Below are positions 13,291 through 26,983 of a stretch of 64,000 nt of DNA, piece after piece. The DNA lies in NCBI RefSeq assembly GCF_001194135.2, contig NC_068997.1, positions 57,308,273-57,372,272 on the forward strand, in the 5' to 3' direction. Source of the stretch: Octopus bimaculoides. Lineage: Eukaryota. The notes under the pieces were generated by a model, which was given only the letters and a program-made list of their open reading frames with translations, searched no databases and had not been told where the DNA came from. Position numbers and translations under genes: made by a program. Position 1 is the first letter of the stretch; every line of letters begins with the position of its first letter.

Positions 13291-15600
13291 GTTTATATGA
13301 GTGAGTAAACCTATGATGAAAGGTGTCCATTCCAGCCCCAACTTATTCAAAAGCATCTAGCACTATATTATGTAATGTATTCTTCCTTCCTTTCTAAAGA
13401 TGGAGCACAAGGGAGAATGATATAGCGTTGCTACGAATCCTCCACCAATACCATCATCACCACAACGTCTCACCACTTCATTAATACACCGAAACTGAAT
13501 TATGGTATTATTTCTAGCATGTCAAGCAACCACATATAAGCTCTTTTATTGACTGATGCAAACGATAATTTAGTATGGCATTCCGTTCTGAAAGATGAAA
13601 CTGAATTCTAATCGCTTATTGTTCCAGGCCTGATTACAAATACGTAATTATCTCAGCAAAGAATACACATAAATCAACGGCATCGATCTTTTAAATCCAC
13701 GCTTCCAGAACTAAAATCAAATATGTTCTGAAGATCACATGGATCATTCTAACCAGTTTGTATGAAAACAATAACAAAGATGAAAATGAAAGGAAAATGG
13801 TAATCGCATGTATATTATTCATTAGAAGACGTTTCGGCCATTATTAACAACTTAGCTTCTTACAGAGGTGAAATGACGAATGACAAAGCCTGGTTTGAAT
13901 TCAATCAAGAATGGTGCCTACCGCTTTGCATTAGAAACCACTATCACACAGAATTTATTCATATGCTGCTGGAATTCAAAGTGGTCTATTGAATGATGGA
14001 TTATCACACCAACATTTCGCATTAATAAAGATTCTGTAGAATATTCATTATCATAATATGATAATAAAATAATAGATATGAATGTATCATAAAAGATGTT
14101 CCTGGTCAAGTTGAAATCTTCTGGGTTATGTTAGTTGGTTGAGAAATTTTATATTGTTACAAATGTGTTGTGATGTTGGATAAGAATCTTATCAATGAAA
14201 AGCCTAGTCTATCTAGGTGTAAATAAGTACCCTACTCTCATAATCCTCATATCCATGTAGTTCGCATAATCATGTATATAATTTAACGAGAAATAGCTTG
14301 GCTCTATAGCCCATTCCATCCGTGTACATATCATCTATATTCTGACATCTAGAACTGCATATTCTTCTAAAAATCTGTGAAGATCAATTAGAGATTTGAC
14401 TGCTATTTCTAGTAATGCTAGCGACAACAAGAGATCTTTACAGGTATATTTAGTGATGTAGTTGAGCTGCTGTAGCAGAAAACTTATTTTCAAATTGTAC
14501 GAATCTTTAAGAATATGATTCTAAATTCCATATGTGGTTATGTATATGTATACACATCTACAATTTCTATCCAAAAGCATTTGCTCAGATGTCATTGTCA
14601 AACTGAAGCAGTATTTGAAGTCCCCCGATGTACTGTGCGATGTTATCAAATAACATGTCTTCTTCTCAGTTGATGCAGTGGATACTTTAGTCGTCTGTCC
14701 TTAGAGAAATGGCTCAACCGTCATTTTCATCGTTGTTTTTTTTTTTCAATCGAAATTGGTATGGTGCTAATCAGCATCATCACAACCACGTTAATGAATC
14801 AATAAATCACCCATTAACTATTCTTTAAAAGTTAACTTTTTAAGTGTAAATAAAATATAAAATACTAACTTGGTCACGAAACCTTTCAATTGCATCGCAC
14901 AGCTATTCAGATGGTAGAAATAACAATGCTCGAGATTCGAGCCAGGCTCTTTTGTATATCTCGAGAGAAAAGAAATGAAATCTAGTTTGAGCAATTGATA
15001 CAGAGAAACTTGGATGGTGAAGAACTTTCTCCATAGTAAACAAATTTTCGTTGACCATAACTATAATTTACTGTTTAATACAAGAAATGTAAAAGGCCAG
15101 TTTATGTTGCATGACGAATGAAGGAAACGTAATAAATGTCTCGGAATTCAAAAGTAACTGAAAAATTTTAACTGCTGCCCTCGTAATGGCGACTATAGAA
15201 CAACAAATTGTATTGTTTGACGTATTCTACAGAAAGTAAGCGACAGTAAATACGAAACTAATTCGGATTTACAGGACACGAAAAAACATTTTTTAAAAGA
15301 GGGTTAGAGAGTTTCAGAGTCGTCGTCCAGAATACATTATTTATGTCAAATATGTCAGATGAAGACAACGAAACCAGTTTTGTTATGAGAGAAAAGAGAA
15401 AACGTACAGAGGAAAGAAATATGACGATAGCGTGGCAGAGAAATACAGGTTTTTGACAGAAAATTATTGTCTCGGCACTAAAATATAGATTTATTCTCAA
15501 AGTGCTGACACTAAAGTATTTTAACATGGTAAGTTTATATGCGAACCACTGGGAGACTGTAAGTTTGCAATTCTACACACACACAGACACACACACACAT

Positions 15601-15660
<60 letters not shown>

Positions 15661-18302
15661 GCACAGTCTTTGGTTCAGTTAAGTTATATCTGGGCGAAAT
15701 GGGTCTCCGTCAGTTTCGACAATTTTTCAAAAGTCAGATTTTTTATCAACTAAAGTACCGGCTCAAACAAGCGTACAAGTGGCTGAATATCTCACAGACC
15801 CTTGTACTCAATGCATAATCCCACGTCAAACTAAGGGAGATTCATTGTTTAGCATCTCTAAATGCTCTTACGAGTTTTCAAACAATTCATTCGACCAAAT
15901 ATCATTCAAATATTTTGGACGATGTGAGACTATAATCGGCAAAAGACACTTTTACCGATCTGCCAGCAAGTGAGGTTGAAACTATTGCCTCGCGATTGCT
16001 TTAAGATCCTAATTATTCGGCCGTACTCCACTAGTACACACAAGCATCACACATACACACCAAAATATCAAGTTTTAGCAGGAATAACGGCAGTACACGA
16101 AGTTCACTTTCACCATCATTGTGTGTGTGTGTGTGTGGGGGGGGGGGTGTTTGTAATGAAGATTCGATTCATCCATCAATCATAACATGGATGATATTAC
16201 TACTGCAATATATTCATTAAAGCTGCAAAAAACATACTTAATCATTTTTCGTCATTAAAATTTCGACTAGAAAATCTCATTTTCAGTTTTCTTCTTTCGA
16301 TTTATTTATTTATTTTTTACATTTTGGCTGGAAAAAGACTAATGTTGAAACTACAAAGCTGTAAAGACTTTTGAAATTGTGGAAGTGCGTTGTATTTTCT
16401 GCTTTATAATGTCTTCTACTTATGTAAATCATATAAAAAAAAACCTTCACTGTAGTAGACACATACATACACATGCACCTCCCCTACCACACACATTTAT
16501 TAAGAGAAATAAGAAGCCAGAGCTTGTTGGACCAAGTTTTTGTGGCATTTCGAATAGTTTAAAATGTAAACTATGCAATGGTTTACAATTGCTTAACGCC
16601 TTCCCAATTAAGCAAGTCAGATTGGCCTATTTACTTAGTCATACAATAAACGGTTTTAAATTAATTTACTCTCCGATCGCAGGAAATGAATGGCCGATTA
16701 ATGTTGCGATTGTATTAAACATGGAAAATACTTTCCTAGGTTTAGCAATTTTGTTAAGTTTTTTCATTGATATTAGTGCATGACTTTCTTGCTTGTGGTT
16801 TTGTTTTCCAGTTAACCTCTGTGAAAGAATATGTTGTTTACTAAAAGCATATTCGTGTGAACCTTATTTTTCATTTCAGTTCATGCTAAAGCGATTTTTG
16901 TCGCTTCTGCTGTGAATTTCTTTTATGTTTCCAGTGTTTTTGTTGTTAGGAAAATTAGTCAGTTGTGTTCTCGTTTGGATATGCTATAAATATCATTAAT
17001 ATAAAGTTGGTTTGGGATCTTTACAAATATATTTTGTGTGGAAAGCGCATGTCCCCACTGTTATTCTGTATTCAATAATATTCCTCACGTCATATTGGAG
17101 TCGACTAGATGAAGATAGTGTATAACCGAGAACATGAATCTGTGGGTTGTGCCTTGAGAGTCGGCGGAGTAAATCACTGCCTAAATATTGGTAGACCAGA
17201 GTTTAATCGACATTAGTCAAGGACAACGATAATGAGGGCTGCAGCAGCAACAAGAAATATGATTGAAAGTTGCTTCAGGGTAATCCGTTGAATGCAATAA
17301 TTACTACTGTCATTATTGTTTAACCCTAAGCGAATCCTGACTGAGCAACCATGACCAAAGACATTGCAGCCGTGAACAGCATCTCTTATATGGGAAGATA
17401 GGACTGCATTGTCTCATATGTATGGTTTGAGGAGGATATGACTACTATTTCTGTCCATTTGACCTCCAGGTCGATGTCTCTGGTTTATGTTAAACCTTTA
17501 TTTTAAATCTATATCAGCTAATATAATAATAAAGAAAAAATCAAATTTACTCGTCCGCAATAAAATGAAAAGATTTTACAAAAGCTGGTATATTAGTAAT
17601 GATGTAATATATTTTTCATGGTATTGGTTTGGCCAATATTTTTATGAAGAAACTTGGGAATTTGCCACTGTCATTCTACTGGACAAAAAAAAAAAAGACA
17701 TTTTATTAAGATAAACCATTGTGGAGGAAATACAGATAATAAACTCTATATTTGGCTTCTGGTCAATACAATTCAGAATTTATGTCGAGTCTATTGACGT
17801 GTGAGGATGCAAAAAAATAGTAAACAGGTCTGAGATATCAGTAGCGGCTCTGTTGGTCTTGTGAAAAGTTTGGTCCTGTAAAAAAGAATCAAACAAAATA
17901 TTGGCAGACTTCACGAACTTCCTACCTTCTGCAGTTCTGAGTTTTTCATCATTCACATAATGGATAATTCAGAATCAAAATTGTTATTGTTGATTAGTCG
18001 TTAATTAAACCCTGACTGAAAATGTTCCATTCGTGGCCATTTCGTCGTATTGTATAGCAATGGCTATATTGTTCAATGTATCTTTATTTAAAGCAGAAGA
18101 TTTTGCTTTGGAGAAAATTTGAGTCTTATTTTTATGGTTTGGTCAAAAGAAGAAGGACAATGTCTATATTTTCAGAGCCTCTGTAAATAGTGGGACAAAT
18201 GAGAAAGTTTTTCCCAAGCCGGATTTCTTTTCAGAATCCTTGAAACCGATAAGACCCTGTTCAAGACAGTGCTGGTCTTAAGCTTTTAAATCGTTCTTAC
18301 TA

Positions 18303-18472
18303 TGTGTATTACCATGTAGTAAAGACATAACATAACAATGTGTATTACCATGTAGTAAAGACATAACATAACAATGTGTATTACCATGTAGTAAAGACAT
18401 AACATAACAATGTGTATTACCATGTAGTAAAGACATAACATAACAATGTGAATTACCATGTAGTAAAGACAT
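18303..18472. repeat. 36-bp minisatellite, about 4.7 near-perfect copies
   Basis: Unit TGTGTATTACCATGTAGTAAAGACATAACATAACAA repeated head-to-tail with no spacers; one substitution in the last copy. Confidence 0.95.
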
Positions 18473-18712
18473 CCTCTTGCCTCTTATTAAACTCTGAAGA
18501 AACAATGTCAATACTGGTTTCACTATTACACGTCATTGTTTTCCATTGAATAATATCATTGAATAACTATCGTTAAGAATATATATAATTGAAAATAACT
18601 CTTAAAGAAATTAAGAGTTAAGGTGTTGAGGCATCAGCGAAGAAACAATTTTAACATCTACGGGTTATTTATTTTAAGGCCCTTTAATATGATATTCTTT
18701 TATCTTTTGCAG

Positions 18713-18955
18713 GTTCAATGTCCATTTGTAACAAATGTCTCGCTGACATCAAACATGTTAAATTATTTTTATATCGGCACTCATTGAATGGAAATCGGTT
18801 TGAAGTAGCGATAGAAGAATAACAACGGCACTTTGAGCAGAAGTTCGTTTGCATACAACTTTGATATAAGTTATTTGATTTCAACAAGAATCTAAATGAC
18901 ACGCTAGGAAATTTATTGAAAGACAATAGGAATTATTATAATCGAAATTATGAAA
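18713..18955 (+). pseudogene. Candidate symmetrical (phase 1-1) 243-nt pseudo-exon
   Basis: Strong acceptor TTTTATCTTTTGCAG at 18712, donor-like GAAA|GTAATT at 18955/18956, length a multiple of 3, frame SMSICNKCLADIKHVKLFLYRHSLNGNRFEVAIEE*QRHFEQKFVCIQL*YKLFDFNKNLNDTLGNLLKDNRNYYNRNYE with two in-frame stops. Confidence 0.3.
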
Positions 18956-19543
18956 GTAATTTTAAAATAATTGTGAAATGATTTGGAAATATTAAAAATA
19001 AACGGTGTGTATATGTAGGGGGTTCTTAAATGAATTGACATAAATAGTATCACCGACTATTTTACGCGAATATGAGAAGTGACAGCGAAATAACCATGAA
19101 AGAAATCGGAAATAATTTATGAAATGGCGAGGAATCAGGAGATAAAATCCACTCCACATCACACCAGCACCATCAGAGAAAAAAGAGAAAATATCCATTA
19201 AATAATTAAGAAATCACAGAAGCAAAAATAAAAGCGCTGAGCGAATTCTTTGGAATTACAGATAGAGGTATCTGGAAAGAAGGAAAAGATGAAAAATTTC
19301 GGTAAAAGTTTTGAAAATAACTATCAATGAACAAAAGAAAAAAATCTTAACAGAAGAAAATTTTGTTAATGTAGTTTTGTTTCGAATAAATTCTTGACAA
19401 TTACAGATGTTAGAAATAGAAGAATGCCAAACTGAAAACAGAGGCAATCAAAAAATTAGGGGCATATATAACGAATTCTTTTATTTCGATAAATTCTTCA
19501 CTGGTACAAATATTTTAACATAACGAAATACGGCATATCAGAA

Positions 19544-19660
<117 letters not shown>

Positions 19661-22600
19661 TATGCAAGAGTATACATATATACCTATATGAATAGCTATC
19701 AAGCCAACACAATCTTTATCCCTCCCGCATGTACATACATACATACATACATACATACATACATACACACACACATACATGCATGCTTAAACTATGTATG
19801 TATGTAGCTCAGTGACGGTATCAGGTCCGTAATTCATTGCTGCAGCACGATAGTGAATTGAAAATTAAAAATTTATTTGGTAGTGATGATGATGATATAT
19901 AACCACATGTGTGTTAATACATGCATGCATTTATATATTCATGTAGGTATGTACATATGCATGTGTTTGTGTATGTTTGTGCGCGTGTGTGTACGAGACA
20001 CATACAGCCCCCCCCCCCATCTCTACAATTAAAATCATTTGCTTGCTTTTCACCCATGCAGTTCAATGATTTAATTATTTTTAATAAATGGCTTTGCTAC
20101 TTTTCTTAATTAGAAATGATTTACGAAGGGGGAAACGATTTTGTTCATGTTTCATAATTCGAGATTTATGAAGGGGGGGGGGATTACTGTAATAGGAAAA
20201 TACAGGGCTGTGCAAATAAAATCGAGACTCTTGAAAAATCTACTGGAATAATAAATTGATGGGGTGTAAACAGAACAGCAAGAATACCGTTTCCGTTCAC
20301 TTTGATGCGTTATGGCAGCAGATATTCACGTTGGTCGAAGACCCTTCATATGGAAGAATCGTGTAAATGGAGGAGGTGGTCTCTACTGTCCAAAAAAAAA
20401 AAAAAACAATGGAAAAAAAACAATGACATTTGACTCTGCAAAAACGAAATAAGAATCAATTAATCTACTGCAATAATGTTTATTATTCTTTTATGAGATA
20501 TAGATTTCCTTGACCAATTGAGATTAGGGTTTGATATAAAGTTGTTTCCTTACGGAATTTTCCCCATCAAGACTTACAGTTTGTGTCTAGAAATATTAAA
20601 TGATAGATTCTTTTCTCAATTTCTGTTTGTAATTTATTTATTGGCAGATGTGGTCATCATAGGGGAGAATAACTGCATGTCGACCCCAGTTGAACATTCA
20701 ATGAAAACCTTTCCAGCTACGATCCTGTATTTCTTTTTGTTGAGTCAGTGTGCATTCAGTACCACATTTTGCAATGTATCTTTGAAAACTTATAAGACAG
20801 CCAATTGTAATTTGAGGGATACTTGACTGCTATTTCTAGCAGTGTTTATAATTGTGGAAAAGTAGATTGTTAGCAAGTTGTGTGTATTGCAGAACCTTGT
20901 GCCTCAGGCTAAAATGATATGCAGATGGCACTGTATATTAGTTTTCCAATCGAAATCAGACGTAGAGGATTCACTGGACACAGTTTGAGGCGACTGCTGT
21001 TATCGTTAGGCCTAACACATCGTAAGGTAAATACCACCATGAGTGATATCCAAACTACAGTGGAAAAGGCTTAACCACTGGATTTGGTTAAAAAGAGACG
21101 ATGAGCAATGGCTAGAAGCATATTGAGCTTTATTTGATAATCAGTGAGTGGGTCCGGTGCGCAATGATGCCGTCAAGAGGAAGGCCCCGAATCAGTGCGC
21201 ATTCTTTCCTGATCCCTCCATACACTTGCTGCCTTGCTGCCTTGCTGTATGCGGATCTTTCGACTGGTAGCACTTGCATGTGCATGTTGTTTGCAAAACC
21301 TCAATCTGCTTTTGACCACCTCATGGTATTATTCAGTTGCAGTTGTTTGTAAAGTATGGTTCTATCAAATGCTTCCTATTTTTCTGAAGGAGATAAGCAT
21401 GCTACTTTCTAGCAACCAAGAGATTTCCTCCTGGATTCATGCCTCTTGTTAGCTCACTTGCCCTATACTATATATGACAAAAATGTGTGATGATCAGGAA
21501 AGTAAATCTTTGGTTATAACTCTGCTCTATCAAGGCTGACTTATGGTTAATCAAATATGAAATACATGTAAATAATTTACATAAATGTAAATAACAAATT
21601 GAGAAAAAAAACAAACATATTTTTTCCAGATATGCTCTTCATATGTAATAAAAGATTGCTGCTGCTTTGGCTAAGAACCAGTTATTATCGTCAGAAGCTC
21701 TATTAAATAGCAATCTTTATGAGATTTTTATTTGTACATACCGCAAGGCTATTGTTTCCTTCTATAAATATAAAAATTAATATCTTAATAATATCATATT
21801 TTCCAGTTAATTACGACATCCTTCATTAAGACTTCAGCAAGGACAACTGCATACCTTGATAATACAGGAACATGCTTGGAGTTATCTCCCATACTGAAAT
21901 AATATATGACACCTTTTCATCTCAAATATATTTTAAATAGCTATTTTTAACTTCACTATATCTAGCAAGATAACGTTAACTCCTGTTTTACAAGTGGATG
22001 ACGTCTCTTAGTAATTAATTTGGGGTGAGAGTCAGAGTTCTTAATGTCATTAAGAATGTCGCTGAATTTAATACCTTAAAAAATGCAAGTTCTGTTTAAA
22101 GACAATTGATTGACTTTAACCACGAAACGAACCCTTGCCATATACGCAACTCTACAAGAGTAAACATCTTTCTCGACGGCAAAATATAAAAGATACTTGA
22201 GTCAAATGTAGTTGACTGTTATCTCTCTGTCGATAGTCATCCCTATCCTACACATGGTCCCTACTTATAATGACTTTAATCAATGTCAATTGCATTCACT
22301 CTCATGTGGCACAATACTGCGGCATTACGATGGCACGATATGAACAATGAATAGTGCGGCACTAGTTCGCTATTGCACTGATTTCAGCCGCTATTTACAG
22401 AATTTGTATTTATTGACTAAACTTTTCCTGTAATACTTCAGAGACAGATGTAAGCAATGATATATATTCAACTGAAATAGGTTTTTTTTTCTCCTTCTGA
22501 TAATTCATATTTTAGTCATCAGAAACTGTCTGAAACCTAATGCAAGAAACATGTCCGCCCAGGAAAAATAAGTTAAACTTGTAATTATTTTTCTTTTCTT

Positions 22601-23234
22601 TCGCTTCTCATAAAATTTATTTTTTGCTTAGTTGTTGTTACTTTGCCTTACTTCAAACGAGCGAAACAAATTGCAGTTGCATTGTAAGAAACATGAAAGA
22701 ATGAGACAATACTGCTACATTCCTTGAAAGATCTCTTAATGATATTTTATGGAAGGAATATGTTCAAGTATTTATTTATATAAGAATATTCTAGATTGTA
22801 AATGGTAAAAGTTTTGAAGGGGAAGTATGTGTGCATGGGTGAGGGATAGAGACATGTTGCAAATAATGTAGAAGGAATAACAAGTCTATTTAGAAAATGT
22901 ATTTCAATAGATTAATATTTAGAGGTGGGTAGAGGACTTGCTTGAAACTGCATTGCTTGGAAAAATAAAGTATCCTTGTATTTAATCATTTTCATCTACG
23001 TTTCACGTTGAAATCTTGCTGAGGTCTCTTTTGAAGTCCATACTTCTGGTGTTGATTAAATCGTTAGTACCTAGTTACTAGAATTGATTTAATCGACTGC
23101 GTCTTGTGCCAAAGTTTTTGATGTTATGCAAAAGTTTTTTTTCTTTACTTATGGGGTCTTCTTTTACAGAGTGCACGTGCGAGTATTGTCTCTATATATG
23201 TGTGTGTATGCAAGTGAATGAAGAGGATAATGTG

Positions 23235-23800
23235 TGTGTTCTGTAATTCGCGATTTCATCGCAATTTTTAAGAGAATTGAATCTTCTCATCTACCTCGGA
23301 GGTCTTCAAACTCCAATGGTAAAGTACACCTTGTACTTTTGCACACTGTTCCTTGTCTATCTCGAAGTCAAAATCCCAGAGCATTTTTGCCTTCCCCTTT
23401 TGGTCAATTACATTTTCCGGTGTATGTTGGTACCAAGCACCCGTTACCTCGTATCCATACTTGAGGCATAGAAATCCAGTGAAGGTTTTGGGCTACCCAG
23501 TCATTTCCGCGCTTGTAATCTTTCTGTGCAAGACTTTCTCAAGCACTAACAATATGAGTCACACTTTTGATCCGCTTCCCACACATTCTGCAAAGGTTTG
23601 TTGCAATTATGTGGAATCCCTTTTCACTGAGTTGGTATTCAATGATTGATCCTGATTAGGCCTTCAGTATTCTGTAATCCTATGGTGGTTATTTTATAAT
23701 AGTTCTCTCGTTGTATAAGGTCTCTGCAACCTTGAATTGTTTGTATATATAACCTTCCTTTGTGAGATTTTAGGTGGTGCATCCTTAATTCTGTCATTAA
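23235..23800 (-). mobile_element. R4/Dong-type non-LTR retrotransposon fragment (CCHC zinc knuckle to start of RLE domain)
   Basis: Minus-strand DQSLNTNSVK, a degenerate CRMCGK..VTHIVSA region and WYQHTPENVIDQKGKAKMLWDFDFEIDK; nucleotide similarity to 42720-43000. Confidence 0.8.
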
Positions 23801-23904
23801 TTTTCTTGTTTTCCTGTCTAGTTTGGTTAGTTCATTTAGAATCCAATTAAGAATATTTTATTATCATCATCATCATTATTATTATTATTATTATTATTAT
23901 ATGA

Positions 23905-24195
23905 AAACTCATAGCTTATTTTGCTGGGTATGATGGAAAGTGTCAGCTGTCCACAGTCAGCAGACTAAGGTAGGTGTTCTACCTTCACACTTACACCAAT
24001 CTTTTTCAGCTATGTTGATAGTCGAGTGCTGATACTTCCAAGTGCGCCAGTTACTATTGGTATCATGTCTAGTCTTTTCTTTGACCACAGAATTTGTATT
24101 TCTCACTTCAAATCGTCATAGTTGTTTATTTCTTCTTCTTCTTTCACATTGATCCTGTTGTCACCGGGGTTCTTCCTGGCTGATAACCTCTTCCA
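23905..24195 (-). mobile_element. R4/Dong-type retrotransposon, 5'-truncated 3' end (RLE endonuclease C-terminus and 3' UTR)
   Basis: Minus-strand PGDNRINVKEEE..NNYDDLK*EIQILWSKKRLDMIPIVTGALGSISTRL..LKKIGVSVKVEHL; flanked on both sides by (TAA)n on the element strand. Confidence 0.85.
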
Positions 24196-24339
24196 TTATT
24201 ATTATTATTATCAGTAGCAGTATTAGTACTATTATGATGATGAAATGGCTGAAACATCAGAGTCCGCTTTACAGTATTGAGCTATGTTCTTTTATCATGA
24301 ATGTGAATTCGAAGAAACGACAGAATCAAGATTTAAATG

Positions 24340-24510
24340 TATTGAGACAATTACCTCACTAATGTGTAAATCCCGCCATGGTAGTCTTTGCCAGCCATCG
24401 TTCTTCCCGGGGTCGATAAAATAACAATCACAAGCTACAGCCCATCTTATTGATTACATTCCTCCTCTAAAATAAGTGGTCAAGTGCTTCAGGTTTGGAA
24501 CCATTATTTC
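24340..24510 (+). mobile_element. Degenerate family-1 SINE
   Basis: CTTTGCC..CATCGTTCTTCCCGGGGTCGATAAAATAA and tail GGTTTGGAACCATTATT match the family body and tail. Confidence 0.5.
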
Positions 24511-25183
24511 TATAGGATTTTATTATCCATTCCACCATTTATTTTCGTGAATATACATAATATTTAAGTTCTTAGATGAAATACGTGAAAGAAAAAAACC
24601 CATTAACATGATAAATACAGCCTCTTAGAATCATTTTCCTCCTACTCAGTTGTGAAATAATTTCAATTTCTTCCTAATCTGATAGCTTTCTATATTTCCA
24701 GACAACCGAAGAGAACTAAAATTACCACAGTTATCTTCTGGATTATTTTATTGTCAGAGAATATTGTTGTGCAAAAGCATTAGGGGATAATTTGTTTATA
24801 GCGTTTTTTGTTTTACCGTAATGTTTTTCGTTCTTATTGGTTGTCATATCCTCAAATATTTTATTAGACAACTTCTATCATATTGAGATGAAATAGTGGA
24901 ACGATCTTCTGTTTTTGTCTCAATCAGTATGTCAAACTAGTAATCTTGGATTATTCTAGAAGCAGGCTTCCATTTAAAGTCTCCTCAATATTTGATATTT
25001 GACAGAATTGTTTTGCGGCCACAGAAAACAATTAAACTCAAATCGAACCAATACTACAGACAGAATTTCAGTATCAATTTTAAAAGATTATTTTGATTTA
25101 TTTAACTTTTAACGAAGACTTGTAAATATATGAACATCCCAGGGATATGTTTGCACCAGCATTAAAATCTAGACACGACTAAA

Positions 25184-25296
25184 CACGTGCAATTACTATC
25201 TGGAGGAAATGAGTAGACAAAAGTATAGATCCAATAGAAAATTTCCCAATGAAGTCACCGGAAAATGCGTCACTTCTCGCGAGCAGCAAATCAGTT
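25184..25296 (+). promoter_or_regulatory. Candidate RNA polymerase II promoter motif cluster
   Basis: CACGTG (25184-25189), CCAAT twice (25231, 25246), ETS-like ACCGGAAA (25257-25264), TGCGTCA (25266-25272), TCTCGCGAG (25275-25283) and Inr-like TCAGTT (25291-25296), all within about 110 bp. Confidence 0.45.
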
Positions 25297-26045
25297 TCTT
25301 CACACGGATCACGAACTGAGACAATTATATTTTATTTCTCTGATACATGTGTGCAACGTTACACACATAGAAACACACACACAAACACACAGAAGTACAC
25401 ATACAAACTCACATGTCTTCTGTGCTCAGTCGAAGTACCATTAAATGAAAATAGCCTCCTGTGTATCATAAGTAACGTATATGCACCGCTTACAGGCAAA
25501 ATATTACGGTTTACTTCCACGATAAACATTTGCATATGTCTCCTTTTCTCGCCTGGATGACTTTTCGTTTCCCTTCCATATATATTGTTTTTTTAACACA
25601 TCACGTCTATAAGAAATTTTATCTCAGTCGAAAACTGCATAATCTTGCATGTCAGTGGCAAACATACCGTTATTTTGATGCATGCATGCTTATTATATAC
25701 ATGTATGTATATTTATATACACATATACAGTATTCTACAGCATATTTGAATATACTTTGCATAATCTGATAGAGAATTCGGTATGTTGAGTAGAGTAGAG
25801 AGGTGTTTACTGCAGGGTAAGTTGAAAATCTCGGAGTTTTAGCCTAAAATGGGCTGTTGAGACAGACAAATATTTTACAGTACATTGAACATTTGTAAAT
25901 CATCAATTACTATCCTCCTTCTCCTCAATACCTCGTCTAGCTTAGACATATATGAACTCTGAATTTAATCATTTCATTCGCACTTAGGTATTTCCAACTG
26001 GAAAAAATACAAGCAGTCTCGTAAATGCAAGCATCAAATCAATCG

Positions 26046-26079
<34 letters not shown>

Positions 26080-26441
26080 CAAATAGTAAATGAGTATATG
26101 CATATATACGTACAGGTATGTGCATACCGACATCCACCTGTATGTATAGGTGCATATCTGGGTACAGGACATTGCAAACAAAACGTAGACAAGAAAACAC
26201 ACAGGCCACATAGAGAACATTTTCCTTCATCAGCTACCCCCGTTTTTACACCGGNNNNNNNNNNNNNNNNNNNNNNNNNNNNNNNNNNNNNNNNNNNNNN
26301 NNNNNNNNNNNNNNNNNNNNNNNNNNNNNNNNNNNNNNNNNNNNNNNNNNNNNNNNNNNNNNNNNNNNNNNNTTAAAACGGCTCTTCCCATGGACCGCAA
26401 ATTAAATTTGTATACACAAATTAAACCTTGCCATGGAGGAA

Positions 26442-26921
26442 TGTAGTGGCGGACAAAAAACAAGACAGGAAAATAAACGGAAAAGGCTTTACGGCCAGGC
26501 GAGAAAAATTATGTGTGTATGAACGCTGTGAGGCACGAACTTGAAAGTGGGGACGAAGTAAGTTCGCGTGTTTGCTCGGCGAAAGCCAAGGAAGAAAATG
26601 ATTATTGACCGGAAGCATGTGACCATGCCGGTGTAAGGGGAAGAGAGAGAGTGGTAGAGGGAGAAACAAAGGGAGGAAGTAGAAGAATAGGTGAGCAACG
26701 AGAGGATAAGAGGAAGAGAGGAAGTACGAGGGGGGGGAAGAGATACGTAGCAGTAACAGAGGAAGAACGAGAGGAGTAAAGAGAGATACGTAGTAGTAAC
26801 AGAGGAAGAACGAGAGGGGGGGAAAATGATAGAGGAAGAGAAAGAGAAAGAGAAAGAGATAGAGTAGCGTCGGAAAATATAAAGTTGCGATAACTACTTA
26901 CAAAAGTGCTTACAAAATTGT

Positions 26922-26983
<62 letters not shown>

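Noticed and set aside
16379-16783. 134-aa ORF as a gene
   Set aside because: It runs through poly-A and CA-rich low-complexity sequence; the opposite strand has only a weak LLNLGKYF Penelope-like hint, too little to call.
18303-18472. 36-bp repeat as a CRISPR array
   Set aside because: Units are directly adjacent with no unique spacers, there are no cas genes, and the context is eukaryotic.
20201-20228. TACAGGGCTGTGCAAATAAAATCGAGAC as a Tc1/mariner terminal inverted repeat
   Set aside because: No matching inverted partner or transposase found nearby.
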